Under the pieces are notes generated by a model. The model was not told the DNA's origin. It was given only the letters and a program-made list of their open reading frames with translations, and searched no databases. This document shows, piece by piece, positions 41,100 through 56,059 of a stretch of 64,000 bases of DNA. The number at the start of each line of letters is the position of its first letter. The stretch's first letter is position 1. This DNA comes from Octopus sinensis (Eukaryota): positions 92,132,001-92,196,000 of the forward strand of contig NC_043003.1 in assembly GCF_006345805.1 (NCBI RefSeq). Reading direction: 5' to 3'. The position numbers and the translations under genes were made by a program.

Positions 41100-42060
41100 T
41101 GACGGTTTTTTAACGTCTCTTTTTTCAGGAACCGCTTCATGAATTGGTGAACAGTCAACGGAGTTGAAGAGGATAAAGACTGAAGTTGCAGTTGAGGAAA
41201 AGTTAGCTGACATGGAGGACTGGAAGCCATCTGAATATTGGAAAGAAGTTACCAGTATCATGATAATTCACGACAGGTGTCAAAATGACGATATCATGAC
41301 TGCTGCTTAATACTCTGTGAATACTGTAAAGGCTGTAAGATGTGACAAGGACGTGTACCACGTATCACGAAAGCCAAGTTCCCCCAAACTGTGATGGTCT
41401 TTGGGTGTGTCTCTAATGAAGGCGCATGGCTAAGGAGTTAAGTCATTCGGCTCACGATCGTAAGGTCGTGAGTTCGATACCTGGCGACGGTTGTGTCTTT
41501 GAGCAAGACACTTTATTTCGCGTTGCGCCAGTCCACTCAGCTGGCAAAAATGAATAGTATCTGTATTTCAAAGTACCAGTCTTGTCACATTCTGTGAACA
41601 TCCCTGAGAACTACGTTAAGAGAATGTGTATCTGTGGAGTACTCAGCCACTTGTACTTTAATTCCGAGAGCAGATGCTCCGTTGATCGGATCAACTGGAA
41701 TCCTTGTCGTCGTAAACGACGGAGTGACAATCAATGAGGGTAATATCATGCCGCCCCACGTCCTTGAACAGAGCCTTAGGCTCAATTCAGACGGCTATGT
41801 GAAGCTGCTAGAGACTCTGGCTTGAAAGGGTTGCTGCTAGAAGGCAGCAGAATTCAACTCCTTGCCATACCACCGGAAAGAGTCACCAGCCCCAATTTCT
41901 GGCTCCCTAATCCCATGAATTACTATGTGTGGGGGTCAGTTGGGAAAAACACAAACCGTTCTGCCTGCAACATCAAGGCCAAGTTGGTAGCCAAGATAAA
42001 GGAGATGTTTGAAGATATCTTGAGACCGCGGTGAAGCTGAGAGCGGCTTCTTCGGGTAAG
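41100..42060 (+). pseudogene. Decayed Tc1/mariner-superfamily transposase interrupted by a SINE
   Basis: KFPQTVMVFGCVSNE|GNIMPPHV..LRLNSDGYVKLLE..PNFW..NPMNYYVWG. Confidence 0.7.
41420..41730 (+). mobile_element. SINE family C inserted into the transposase
   Basis: tRNA head gagttcgatacc; short AATGA duplication; removing it restores VSNEGN. Confidence 0.85.
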
Positions 42061-42155
42061 CTGTTATCTCCCTTTCCGAGTCATATAGATTCATAGGGCT
42101 GGCTTCCTGGATTCTCTGGTGTATATACCACCCACTGGATGGGACGGTGTATATA

Positions 42156-43418
42156 TTAGGTTATTCCGAAAATAATAGCCGCTCTAAGCGTTGTGTTTTG
42201 AAACGCAATTTTATCATTGTATTTTAATTATATTTTAGGTAAATATCAACATACTTAATAATTGATGTATGCTCTTTAATAATTTTATACTTATTTCAGA
42301 CAGAAAACATTCTTGAAGCAAAGGTACCCTTAACTATGAACATGACAAAAAAGGACCTTCGCTTACTTTTCTTGCATGAGTTCAAGCTTGGGCAAAATGT
42401 CTCTCAAATTGCCGCCAATATCAACAGAGCATGGGGTGAGGTGTCCACAAGTGATCGCACAGTACGAAGGTGGTTTCAGAAATTCCGTAGTGGTGATGAG
42501 AGCCTTGAAGATGAAGAAGGTGGAGGACGGTCATGCAGTCTTGACAATGAACAGTTGAAGGCAATTGCTGAACAAAACCCATTCAAAATGTCAGGCACTT
42601 GGTGACGGTATTGCAACAGTCTCACGCAATCTGCAGAAGATTGGTAAGGTGAAAGAGCTCGATAAATGGGTATTGTGTGAGCTCAATGAAAATCATAAAG
42701 TTCGGCATTTTGAAGTGTGCTCGATGCTCTTCTGCGAAATATCAATGATCCTTTTCTTGACCGAATAGTTACTTGTGACGAAAAGTGGATCCTTTATGAT
42801 AACCGTAACCGATCAGGTCAATGGCTTGATCGTGATGAGTCCCCCAAACATTTCCCAAAGCCAAAGCCGCATCAGTAAAAGATTATAGTGACTGTCTGGT
42901 GGTCTGCAATTGGTGTTGTCCATTACAGCTTTCTGGAAGTCAATCAGAGCATTAAAGCAGAGGTTTACAGCAATCAACCCACTGAAGTGCATGCTCGCTT
43001 GTAAGAGACCTGCATTGGTGAATCAGCATGGCCCAATTCTGCCCCACGATAATGCAAAGCCACATGTTGCAAGAATGATGCTGCAGAAACTCACAGACTT
43101 GGGATACGGGACTTTACCACACCCTTCATATCCTCCTGATCTTTTACCCACTGACTACCATTTTTTAAAGCATTTAAACACGTTTTTAAGTTATAAAACT
43201 TTCAGGTCCAAACCAGAGGTGGAATCAGCTTTCAAAGATTTCTTAGCATGAAAGCCAATAAATTTTTATCAACGAAGCATAAAAAATCTCGTTGATTGAT
43301 GGCAGAGGTGCATAGATGTTCACGATTCATACTTTGACTAATCAAAACATTTCTAGTGTTAATTTTTCCAGAATAAATTATGTTTTTGAAATCGGCCTTT
43401 ATTTTCGGAACAACCTAA
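42156..43418 (+). mobile_element. Full-length decayed mariner element with TIRs and TA TSD
   Basis: TTAGGTTATTCCGAAAATAA / TTATTTTCGGAACAACCTAA termini flanked by TA; [25 protein letters not shown] motifs; frameshifted. Confidence 0.92.
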
Positions 43419-43815
43419 TACTATCCCTTGGATGGGACCTAAGTCCGTCGCATGAACACTTCATGCTTTCTTCTATAATTGAAGCGAGGATAAATATATT
43501 TTGCTTTTAAAATAAAAGAGTTATTTAGATCTAAACTTGATTGGTGGCGTTAGTTACTCTCCTATAACGTCGCTACAAATTTTGATCTAAACTTTTTTTT
43601 CAACTGGTTCAAATCTGAATTTTGTTATGCTAAAATGTACCTAGGAACCAGTGCTCTTCAAAAATGCTAACAATCTTACAAATTGGTTAAGAACTGAATT
43701 AGAGACAAGCCCTGAAAGATGCTGCATGTAAGTAAATTGCGGCCTTAAGAATATTATTCAACTACTACCGTGGTTGAATGATATAACAGTAATATATACC
43801 AATAATATATACTAG

Positions 43816-43895
<80 letters not shown>

Positions 43896-44028
43896 ATATA
43901 CTCACATACATACATACATACATACATATTGGTCTGTGTGCTTATGTTTTATGTCCACGTATAAATATAATCTATACATATTTAAGCTAGCATATATATG
44001 CAGTGTGCCTATATATGTCTATATATCC

Positions 44029-44104
<76 letters not shown>

Positions 44105-46060
44105 GTGTGTGTGTTTATACATATAATAACATATGCATTTATATTTGTTACACACATACACACACATACCAAGCCTACGCTACCATTACACGTACAAATT
44201 CGCTGTTCATATATGTCTATTGTTTATTGTTAGATTATAACTTAATCATTATTTTAAACAGCAATAATGCTCTCGGTTAAGTTAAGTTTAAATTTCCGTT
44301 TCCTAGTGGGCTTCAGCTGATAAACAACTGATGCTATTGAACAACAAATAAAGTAGGTGAAAATAATAATAATGACGATAAATCTTATAACTCTTGATGA
44401 ATTTGTTTTTGAAAAATAAATGAACAGTAGTTTCATTTCTAAGCTCAGGAAGAGATCACAAGATCGAAAGTAGAACGCCCTTGTTTCTATGATGCAAACA
44501 ATAATTACTTTAAAACAATAGATTTAAAGTATTCTAAATTTAAAACTTACTGTCAAGATTTTATGCGTATTCATGCTCCGAACATCAGCTTTATAATGAG
44601 AAAGTTATAATAAATCAGTTCTTATTTTAAAAATTAATGGAAACAGAGCGAGTAGGGTTCATAAGTAGTCTCTTGATAACTGCAAAGGCTCATAGCCTAG
44701 TGGTCAGACAACTGACTTCTTGACTATAACTTCCTAGGTTCGATTCCCATTTCAGTGAGTGCACTGTCTCCTTGCATTGACTGAAGCACTTTACTTCACG
44801 CTATTTTAATCTACCTACTTGCAAAAATGAGTATCAAGACTAACATATTGCGGGGTCAGCGTCAAGGCAGTGCAAAAGCGCTTACGGGTCCAAAACACTT
44901 CCAGCAGACCAAAATACTTCCAGCAGAAAGAAGAATATATCCAGCAGTGGACTGCTGTCTTTACCCAGAGAATACGCCAACAGTGCACTGCTTATATCCC
45001 GCTGTTAACCTTTACTATCTAGATTTGAGACATTGTGAAAAAGAGATAAGCAAATTCTGATATATCCGGTCGGTTCAGCGCTTACTCAAATCTGCCGAAA
45101 ATCTTCCCCTTGTCAGCAGTGAATGCTTATATCCTGTCTTTAACCTGTACCAGTGCTACTGAAATTAGTTAGTGGCTTGGGCAAGGCTGCGTAAGAGAGT
45201 TGATGGTTTAAAATGAAATGAAATAGAAAAAATAGTTTATACTTATAGATTTTATTGAACCGTTGCGAAAATTTTTGCAGCTAAGTCGAGTTAGAAGTAA
45301 AACAAGTGTTAGTCAATCTTGATAGAGAACCTTTGGCTATGGAGTTTGAAGTAGTTAGCTGTGTTGAATGGAAGGGAGAAGGTTATAACTGCAAAGCTCG
45401 CACGAACTTATTGTGCGTATGTAAAAACAGATCTCGATGAAGGTGCCAAGAAGTTAAGAAGGAGCGGGTGTTTTTTTTACATGTCACTCGATTTTATAAC
45501 TGCGCTAAAGTCGAACTAGTTCAATAACAATGGTTATTCGATGATTTGTCAAAATCGAACACTATCTCACCTAGAATAGTTGCGAGCTTGACAGATAACA
45601 CAAATAAAATTTTAAGTGTAGATTCCAAGAACAATGGAAACTAGCGTACAAACCGAAGTTTTGATACTTAGTTGCGAATTCAGCGAGTATCTGCTAAAAA
45701 CCTTTGAGCTTCTAATATTTAAATTTGGAGCCTTCGAAATAAAGAGGTAAAAAGATTTTGATAAAACTGATGGAATTGGTCTCTATGTCAAGCTTCCGGA
45801 AAGATCCCGACGGGATTAATTTCACATATTATACTACATACATATAGACATACATACACACTCACAAATATACATACATGTACGTATGTGTATGTATATA
45901 TATATATATATATATATAGACATGCGCACACACAAAAACACACACACATACCAGTGCGAACACGCTATCTTTAAGATAGCATATTTTACATTGGTTTGAT
46001 ATCATTGTATCATACATTCTTATAATGTGCGTAAGTATATATATATATATATATATATGG

Positions 46061-46264
46061 CACTTCGAAACTTCGAATACTGGTAGAATGTGACACTCAT
46101 TAAGAGGGTTTACTCTTAACGTTTTTGACAAACATTTGTATTTTAGAAGTTATTTCGTATTAAAGTTGTCGTATTTGGGTAATTTTAACCATTCAATGAC
46201 GTGTATTCAGCTGAAAAAATTACTACTGCTGTTTGCAAACAACAACTTCCGGGTCCATTATATA

Positions 46265-46348
<84 letters not shown>

Positions 46349-46609
46349 CATACATACATACATACAGAGTGACAACGGCCAAATAGGGATAATCTAGGGC
46401 ATTACGTGCAATGAGCGTGTGATTTAGGTAGGGGGATATTTTGGCTGCTATTTTTAGCGTGTCGAGCGATCAGGTAGACGCTTTTTCATTGGTTCAATTG
46501 CGAGATGAGATTTTTTACACATATATGTATGTATATATATCATCGGCATATATGTATACCAAACACGAATTTGGCCTTTTGTCAGTCTGTAACTTCTGCC
46601 TAATATTAA

Positions 46610-46656
<47 letters not shown>

Positions 46657-46854
46657 ATAATAGACCTGGAAGTTATTTGCAAACAGCAGCAGTAATTTTC
46701 TTCAGCTGAATACACGTCCTTGATTGGTTAAAATTACCCAAACACGACAACTTTAACTCGAAATAACTTCTAAAATACAAAAGTTTGTCAGAAACGTTAA
46801 GAGTAAACCCTGTTCTATGTGACACATTCTACCAGTATCCGAAGTGTCAAAGTG
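46061..46854. repeat. ~200-bp diverged inverted repeats enclosing microsatellites
   Basis: 46061-46262 is the reverse complement of 46656-46854. Confidence 0.8.
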
Positions 46855-46929
46855 TTTAGTTAAAAAAAAAAAAAACAAACCTGGTCGTCAAATTGAATAG
46901 ATCCTACACAACTATATCTATGTTTTTTC

Positions 46930-47107
46930 TACTTGTTTTTGTCAGTTGACTGCGGCCATGCTGGCACATCACCCTGAAGAATTTTTAGTTGAATGAGTCA
47001 ATCCGTGTACTTTTTTAAAGTTGATACTTATTCTATCGGTTTCTTTTGCCGAATCTCTGGATTACGGGGACGTAAACACACCAACACTGGTTGTCAAGTG
47101 GTGTTGA

Positions 47108-47179
<72 letters not shown>

Positions 47180-47345
47180 AACACACACACGCACACACGC
47201 TTACAACGGGCTACTTTCAGTCTCAGTCTCCCAAATCCATTCAGAAGGCTTAGGTCGGCCCGAGGCTGTAGTAGAAGACACCTGCCCAAGGTACCACGTA
47301 GTGAGACTGAACCCAGAACCATATGCTTGGAAAGCAGTCTTCTTG
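46930..47345 (-). mobile_element. SINE family A
   Basis: Reverse complement of 39057-39480. Confidence 0.75.
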
Positions 47346-47424
47346 TACATACATACATACATACATACATGCATACATACATACATACATACATACATAC
47401 ATACATACATACACACGCACACAC

Positions 47425-47792
<368 letters not shown>

Positions 47793-47852
47793 GTATGTAT
47801 GTATATATGTATGTATGTATATATATGTATATATATATACATACATACATAA

Positions 47853-47892
<40 letters not shown>

Positions 47893-48834
47893 TTATGTAT
47901 GTATATATATATATATACACGAATATGTGAGTGTATGTGGACAGGGGAAGCCTTGCGATGGGTTCACTTTGGGTCGAAGCCTTTTCGATAACTTAAACCA
48001 ACTGCTAAATTTAAATAAACTATTTAAAGTTCGACAGTCGTCAGTTGATGACGTTGTGCGCTCACAGTGAAAGTCCGTGCGTATTCGTATATGTGCGTGA
48101 GCATATACGTCAGTTTCTGTTTTGTTTCTTTTAGCCCAATTCAATTTGCAAGTTATTGGTCAAACCAAGGCTAAAAAAAAGGAAGAAAATCACTTAATTA
48201 CAATTAGATTTACATACAAAAGAAACAAACGATATTGCTTAGCAAAATTCCGAAAAATAGAAAAAAAAGAAGAAATAAATAACTTTAGCACGATATGCAA
48301 GTCATATGTCCTCATTTCCTTTCCTCTCTCAGACAAGTTCCGATGTAAAGAAAAAAGAAAAAAACCAGGGATGAAAACATCAGGAGTGGCATGTTAAAAT
48401 CTAGGTCAATTTCATTGATGCCAATGTTTACGAAATTAAAGATATGTGCTGACGTGTGTGTGCGAACGTAGGGTGATTTATATTACCTCAGTGTCAAATG
48501 AGATGAGCTGGCAAATTCTTAAAGCATGACACAATTCTTTGCGGCATTTTATCTGAAAATTCACGTTTTGAGTTCAATTCCCACCAGAGTCAACTTTGCT
48601 TTAGTTTCATCTTTCTATCGTAGATGAGGTAAAGAATCAGTCAAGCACTATGGTCGATGGTATCGACTAACCTTTTCCTCTCGAAATTCCTAACCTTGTG
48701 CAAAATTGGAAACAGTATTTCATTGTTTTCACTCACTACTCTAAGTGCACTTTTAGCAATGTTTTGATATTATTTTGAAGTTTATATTTCGTGTCGGAAG
48801 CAGGAAAGTGATAAACGACATACAAGCAATATAA

Positions 48835-49065
48835 TCCATCCATCCATCCATCCATCCATCCATCCATCCATCCATCCATCCATCCATCCATCATCCATAC
48901 ATCCATCCATCCATCCATCCATCCATCCATCCATCCATCCATCCATCCATCCATCCATCCATCCATCCATCCATCCATCCATCCATCCATCCATCCATCC
49001 ATCCATACATACATACATACATACATACATACATACATACATACATACATACATACATACATACA
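48835..49065. repeat. (CCAT)n-(ACAT)n microsatellite
   Basis: Direct reading. Confidence 0.95.
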
Positions 49066-49069
49066 AAGA

Positions 49070-49387
49070 GCACTCCGTCGGTTACGACGACGAGGGTCCC
49101 AGCTGATACGATCAATAGAACAGCTTGCTCGTGAAATTAACGTGCAACTGGCCGAGCAATCCACAGACACATGTACCTCTAGCGTAGTTCTCAGGGAGAT
49201 TCAGCATGACACAGAGTGTGACAAGGTTGGCCCTTTGAAATACAGGTACAACTAATTTTTTCCAGCTGAGTGGACTGGAGCAAGGTGAAATAAAGTGTTT
49301 TGCTCAAGGAAATAGCTCGTCACCGGGAATTGAACTCGCGACCTTACAATCGTGAGTCGAATACCCTAACCACTAAGCCACGCGCCT
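49070..49387 (-). mobile_element. SINE family C
   Basis: Reverse complement of 41420-41730. Confidence 0.85.
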
Positions 49388-49619
49388 TCACACATACATA
49401 CATACATAGCAGTAGATATAGTAAGGTACGCCAGAAAGTGATGCAAATAAAAATTGCTGTATGGATGCAATTAACATTGGATGAGACAAGTCTCCGTCAT
49501 CAAGATAAAGATGGTCTTACATATCAAATCTTAATGCAAAGAAGTTCAAAGATGGAATTATTAAATGTGGAGAGCTTGTTGTATTAGAGGGGAGGGTATA
49601 AAATAAGGAATGATGACAA

Positions 49620-50225
49620 GAGAAAATGTAGTTCAAGGAGAGTGAGTGGTTAATAATGTGAGTACTAAGAGACGTAGTAGTAGAGGCGGAAAGTAGGAAG
49701 ATGAGTAGGAGAGCCGGGTAGATAGTATTTGAATGATAGTCTGTTGTAATGGGTTTGTTAAGGTTTCGGGATAATAGCTATAGAATTATTGGCAGTTGAT
49801 ATAGTAAGAAAAGGAATGGCAATTTTTTGAGGAAAGTAAAGTGTCTAGTTCAGTGGCAGAGGGAGATTACTTAGGTATGTTGAAAAGTATGAGAGAAGAT
49901 AGAGGGGACAGTGTGTGTGTGTGTAGGGTGGGAGGTGAGTTGGTAGTCAAAGTAGCAGTGGTTAGTGAAATAATGAATATGGGTTGGTATTGGAGGGGAA
50001 ATACTGATATATGCAGAGGTATATGAAATTGAATAGAGGGAGATGAATGGAAATGAGGGGAGGGGTTGACAAGTTAGTATTCAAACTTCCGATCGAGAAA
50101 TGGGTGTGTACTTCCGAGCGAAGATTAAAGCTTTATTTAAAAGAATTGGTGATATTGGAGAATAATAATTTGAGACGTCAAACTGAAGGAAGCAGGTGTG
50201 CTGTTTATCAGGAAGACAGGGGAAG
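49620..50225 (-). mobile_element. Highly decayed PLE RT remnant
   Basis: TCFLQFDVSNYY..IT..LLNKALIFAR-like segment at 50110-50200. Confidence 0.45.
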
Positions 50226-50719
50226 AAAATGATGACGTCATCAGTACAATTCCAAAGTAGAAGCTTAACGTTAGTCCTCCAAAGCGGAAGCTTAGCTCCT
50301 CCCCATCTCCATTCACCTCACGAGTTTGATTTTGCCTTTTATCCTTTCGGGTTTGCTAAAATTAGTATCATTTGAGTCCTGGGGTCGATGAAGTCGACTA
50401 ACTTCATCTCCCCAAATTTCAGGCCTATAATAGAAAAACATTTATCATTATTGTGCCTATAATAGAAAAACATTTATCATTATTGAAGGTGGCAAGCAAG
50501 CAGAATCATTAGTGTGTCGGACAAACTGCATGACTGCATTTCTTTCGACTCTTTACGTTCCGAGTTAAAAATTCACTGAGTTTAACTTTGCCTTACATTC
50601 TTTCGGTCGGTGTATTCGACTTACTCCTCCCCTTAAATCGTTGGCTTTACGCCAAACTTAGAAAGATTTTTAATGGTCGAGTTAGAAGAGAAAATGTTCA
50701 CCCATGACTTTTTTTTAGG

Positions 50720-51685
50720 ACTTCACTAAAATGAACGACATCCTGAAAACACACAAACTCATCAAATGCAAAAAAAAACAAGACAAATCGCTAAAGAGAC
50801 TACTAAAAAATGCGAAGCTTTACAAAACAACCACGAAACCAACGGCTGAAAAATGTGGATGTCCAAGCTGTGGAACCTGCCCCAACCGCTTCAAGGTTCG
50901 GATTTCCTTTTCAAACAGGGACAGAGGTTCACAATTAAAACTAGTTTCACTTGTGCCTCTGAGAAAATAATTTATGCAATAACCTGCTCGGGTTTCGGAC
51001 ACAACTATATTGAACAAACGAGTATGATCTTAAGAAAGAGAAGCACTCTACATAAAGAGCAAATCCGTTTCCTGCAATACAGACAAATTCCTCTCAGTGA
51101 ACATATATAAAAATGTGCAGATAACATCAACCATTATTTCACAGTCTTCCCTTTCTACCAGTGCAAAGACACAATCTCTCAACTAGAACGTTTAAATAAA
51201 GAAACTTTTTTCATTGAAAAATACAAAACACTTCTTAATATGCACGCATAACCAACTTTTATCTTTTTACATATTTCAATTCACGATTACATCACTGTAC
51301 ATAAATCCCCTCACTAAACAAGGTTTTTGAAACGTTTTCTCTGTCTGTACACATATATAATCCCCTTCCATTACCGAAAGCTAAACAGTCATCTCCCTTA
51401 CTCACAACAATAAAAATAATAACGACAACCAATTACCTCCCTTTATTTATCTACTTGTGAAGTCATTCACTCGTGAATTTCATCAACATGGACAAACTTT
51501 CTTCTTAAGAAAAATATATATATTCAAATAAGTAAAACAATATCATGAATAGCGATAGCGAAACCGGTCGATATATTAAAAATTAAATTAAAACTATTTA
51601 AGTGTGCGTATTTTCCTTTTTTAATTTCTTATATACATTACAACTCACCACGTGGGGATAATCGAAATTCCTCTTTTCTGTTATA
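50720..51685 (+). mobile_element. 5'-truncated Neptune-type PLE (GIY-YIG and 3' pLTR)
   Basis: CGCPSCGTC, IIYAITCSGFGHNYIEQT..LHKEQIR..YRQIPLSEHI; homologous to 14740-15260. Confidence 0.85.
51540..51574 (+). ncRNA. Minimal type I hammerhead, A3:U8 core variant
   Basis: atatc ATGAATA GC gata GC GAAA ccgg TC gatat. Confidence 0.7.
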
Positions 51686-51691
51686 TATATA

Positions 51692-51859
<168 letters not shown>

Positions 51860-52689
51860 TGTATGTACATTTTAAATCTTTTAATGGATCGAAAGTTATG
51901 AAACACCAAAAGCTAAAAAACTAAAAATTTTATTTTATATACCCACGTTCGTTTGTTCTGCGAAACAGCGACCAACTGGAGATCCAAGTGTTATTATGAA
52001 TGTAGTTACTATGTTTTCAATAGTCCATGAAGAGTCCATGAAAATACTATCTCAGGACTAATACTGCAGTGATTAGCTTATCGACAGTGTTTATATATTA
52101 AGTATGATACACAGATGGCTATTGCAAATAGATACTGCCTCGATTATGTATATCCGAATTTGAATTAGCCGTGTGGCTATTCGTAGCATAAAACTTCATG
52201 TCGTTTAAAGAACTTTAAACCCTATTTGCATCATTCGAGTTCTTTTTACTTTTTGTCATCGATATATATTTCAACACCATTTTTAACAACATTTTTAACA
52301 TTGTTTTAGCATTATTTTTAGACGTAATTTTTTAACATCAGTTTGTATCATAATTTTTAATACCATTTTAATATCATTTTAACATTACATTTTTTAACAT
52401 TATATTTCAATCAAAAATATTATGATATCTTTAGCATCGTATTTCAACCAAGATTTTCTCCAAGAGCTGATAATTTTAAGCGTTTCACTCATAATATTCA
52501 CACAAATTTCTGTGTTTCGAGAAAGTAAAAGGAGAGAAAAAAGAGTTCAATTGCTTTATGGTAGTCTATATATCTTAATTCAATTGTTGACATCTTACAC
52601 TCGCTTCTTCATTAGAAAATTTTTCGCCTTTAGACTTTCAACCCAACCTGCAGATAGTATATATATCTATAAATATAATATGCGACAAT

Positions 52690-52890
52690 TAGTTGGAAGA
52701 TCTTGGTCAAGTGTAAGCCTTACACCAACGGCAGTGGAAAGTGCGGTCTTTGCGATATGGAAAGATGGCTCATCTGGAAAAGTTCGTTAGACCCTGCTAC
52801 ATGTCTAAATTCAAGAACTGAACTTTTTGGGTCATATCCACATAAGGCAAAACATTTCTATAACACGTACTTCCCAAAAATATAATTAAC
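52690..52890 (+). mobile_element. PLE GIY-YIG C-terminal remnant (Naiad-type)
   Basis: KCKPYTNGSGKCGLCDMER...CLNSRTELFG..PHKAK. Confidence 0.7.
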
Positions 52891-53249
52891 GAACATAACA
52901 AAGTGGAGCTTTATTGTTTCAGAAAGGAAAGGAATGTTGATGCTTATTTATGAATATTGTTTTACTACTAAGAATAATAATTAAAAAAATACTGAAATGA
53001 AAGCATTTTTATAGAAGTATGTTTAACCAATTACTCATATCAGTGGTTTTAAACAGATGAACAAACAACAATTTATAAATTTATAAATTTATAAATACTT
53101 TTCAAGCAACATAAAAGTAAATATATAATATCAATTGTTTAAAGCAAAACAATAGGAATGTATCATTTGTGAAATATATCATAAAAGGTTTTGGAAAGAC
53201 TTGAAAAACAAAACAACACACACACCTATTTATCAATATTGTATTTTGG

Positions 53250-54800
53250 TTGTTTTAAAAGTAATACACGCAGCGCAAATTTTATCAGTAAGATTATTGT
53301 TACAATTACACTTGACAAAGTTTATTACCAAAAGCAATCACTCAGATAAGTATCTTTTATAAAATATTGTTAATACTGAATGAGTTTTCAAACAGGCAGA
53401 AGTTTCAGGAATGAAAATGCAGAGTCTTAGAACCTTGTCTTCTGAATTTTATTCACTGTTCTTGCCACTAGTCGATCTATTTCAATTGTTTCTAATTAAT
53501 TTGTTAAGTCTCCGAAATTGAGCTGCTCTGTAAGTAATTCAGTTTGAACAACCCAAGTTGTCCAAATTAATCCAATGGAACAGTTCCAAATTTAGCATGT
53601 CTAAAGTTATTTTGACAGCACACTTAATAAAATTTACATTTTCTTCAAATGACTTGAGGATAGAAAATATTAAAGGAAATTGTACACTGGTTAACTCAAC
53701 AATGGCCGATAATTGTTTGTGTATGCTCTACAATCTCTGGCTTTCCTCCAGAAATTCGAAGACTAGTCATACATTTCTACAGGTTAGCGAAATACTTAAA
53801 GTCGCCGCCGTTATGATCACGTTGAAAAATTTTCAATTTGATTTCACTGCTTATATTATCAAATATGACATCAATTGCTTTTCCAGATCTCTATAAATGG
53901 TGTTCAGATAGTTTAAACGTGAAGCAAATCTGTAAATCAATTCAGTCTATTAACCTACACAACATAGATCAGTCTTGACAAGAAAATTTTTCACTAAAAA
54001 AAAAACGAATTTTATCTAAAAATACAATAGTTTAAGGAAGTCAACGAATGTAACTAGTTTTGAGTACACTGATTCCACTTTGTTCTGCAAGTTTTAAAAT
54101 TGACTTTCTTTTATCAACGTATGCATATACATACAAGATAGTTGACTACTTTGTTGATAATTTTAGTCACATTTTCAGGTTATGTTAGGTCAGATTTTGT
54201 ACACAAAGTCACTTCATGTACAACATAAGGAATGAAAGGATATCTGGTAAGACCCAACACATTTTGCAAGCAAATTCCACGGATTCACTTCTTCATCATT
54301 CATATTGAGCGCCGTCAGTTGGACAGAAACTATTTTGGAAAGGTCAGTCTCTTTATACAATCTATTTATATATTCCAGTCCTTGTGGTACATATAGGCAA
54401 TGTAAGCCAGTTTTTCACATATATCAGCTTTGCAAAATCAAACAATAATGGCTACCATATAAGAGAATACAACTCCAGTGCACTCATCGTTTATGTTCTT
54501 CCTTTTTCTTTTTCTTTAAAATCATCAAAAAGGAAATGAGCATATTCTAGTTATCGTTCTTTAATACACTCTCCCTAAAACCTACCCATTTCTATCCATT
54601 TCTCCGCGTGAAAACCACTGAGTGACTTTTTATGTTGAGTGTTAATCGTTGTAATCTCAAAATTGTCTGAAGTAAATTTCATCAAAACATCTGATTGTAA
54701 TTATTTATAGCTGATTTCTCAAGAATTGCGTTATGTCTGTCCTTGGTCTCGCTGAATGCAGAACCAACTTTGAACAGTTTCATAATGGTCACTTTACAGA
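53250..54800 (-). pseudogene. Highly decayed hAT (Buster/Charlie-like) transposase
   Basis: Remnant TDGA..M near 54310 and a VH.E..LC-like motif near 54210; heavy decay. Confidence 0.45.
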
Positions 54801-54916
54801 GGCCGTTCTGCATACGACTGTTTCAGAACATAAACAACATAACGCCTTGTCGTTCTTATCGGCCATGCCAGATCATCCATTTCATATTTTTTAAAAACGT
54901 CAACGACGACGACGAC

Positions 54917-55081
54917 AAGAAGAAGAAGAAGAAGAAGAAGAAGAAGAAGAAGAAGAAGAAGAAGAAGAAGAAGAAGAAGAAGAAGAAGAAGAAGAAGAAG
55001 AAGAAGAAGAAGAAGAAGAAGGAGGAGGAGGAGGAGGAGGCGAAGAAGAAGAAGAAGAAGAAGAAGAAGAAGAAGAAGAAG
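54917..55081. repeat. (AAG)n/(GAG)n microsatellite
   Basis: Direct reading. Confidence 0.95.
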
Positions 55082-55373
55082 CAGCTCTGCTGTAAACACT
55101 TTCATTTGAACTGTTGAATGGTTTCATTTATTTCTTCTTTGAGTTGACGCTCTGAAGTAATTGAAGGTGGGTGAATGCTAATTTAAAACTATTTCATCAA
55201 TTTAATTTACCGTAACATGCGACCCTAAATTCTCAGGAGTGAGCTAATTCCTCATAATCGCACATGTTCATTTACATAGTTTACAATTGGCAACAGCTAA
55301 TTAATGAAAGATCATATGAACTATAATCTAGTATAGCACGGAGCCTGAGAGTATAATAATAATAATAATAATG

Positions 55374-55433
<60 letters not shown>

Positions 55434-55452
55434 GTAATGATAATAATAATAA

Positions 55453-55984
55453 TTCAAACTGACAGAAAGATAGACGCGAATAGGCCAGACATCATAGTAA
55501 AAGACTTCAGATAAAAAACATGCCTCCTCATTGATATGACTGTTCCAATCGTTATAAACGTATCTGTCAAGACCTACCAGAAACTGAGCAAATATACAGA
55601 TCTGGAAATAGAAATCAGCAAAATGTGGAACCTAAACACTAAAACAATACCTGTTGTCATAGGTGCCTTAGGAATGATAGCAAAAGGGGCTGATTGCTAC
55701 CTAACTCAGATACCAGGAAACCCCAAAATGGCAGAAATTCAAATGATAGTGCTCATAGGAACTGCCCATATCCTACGTAAAATACTTTCTATGTTATCTC
55801 AAGTTTTAAAACAAACATAATTTTCGTATGTTTTTTTAGGTATTCACTAGTACAACACTAAGTACAAAACAAACTATATGGCACTCTAGGCATAACACCA
55901 ACATGAACTTCCAACTTGTTGTCTCTTGAGGTCTCTGGGTGAGACTTGGAGCTAGCTTGTGTAAATGTAAAGCAAAAGTCAAAC

Positions 55985-55985
<1 letters not shown>
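55453..55985 (+). mobile_element. 5'-truncated R4/Dong-like LINE (RLE domain and 3' UTR) inside (TAA)n
   Basis: QTDRKIDANRPDIIVKD..CLLIDMTVP..KLSKYTDLEIEI..VVIGALG..GTAHILRKIL; TAA arrays at 55353-55452 and 55987-56032. Confidence 0.9.
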
Positions 55986-56033
<48 letters not shown>

Positions 56034-56059
56034 TATTATTATTATTATTATTATTATTT

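Noticed and set aside
48040-48090. TTGATGA..hairpin..GAAA
   Set aside because: Stems I and III do not form
50230-50243. Perfect CRE-like palindrome TGATGACGTCATCA
   Set aside because: Single short word at the edge of a decayed TE with no supporting context
52020-52062. tagtcc ATGAAGA..GAAA..TC aggacta
   Set aside because: Mismatched 3:8 core and no convincing stem II or III
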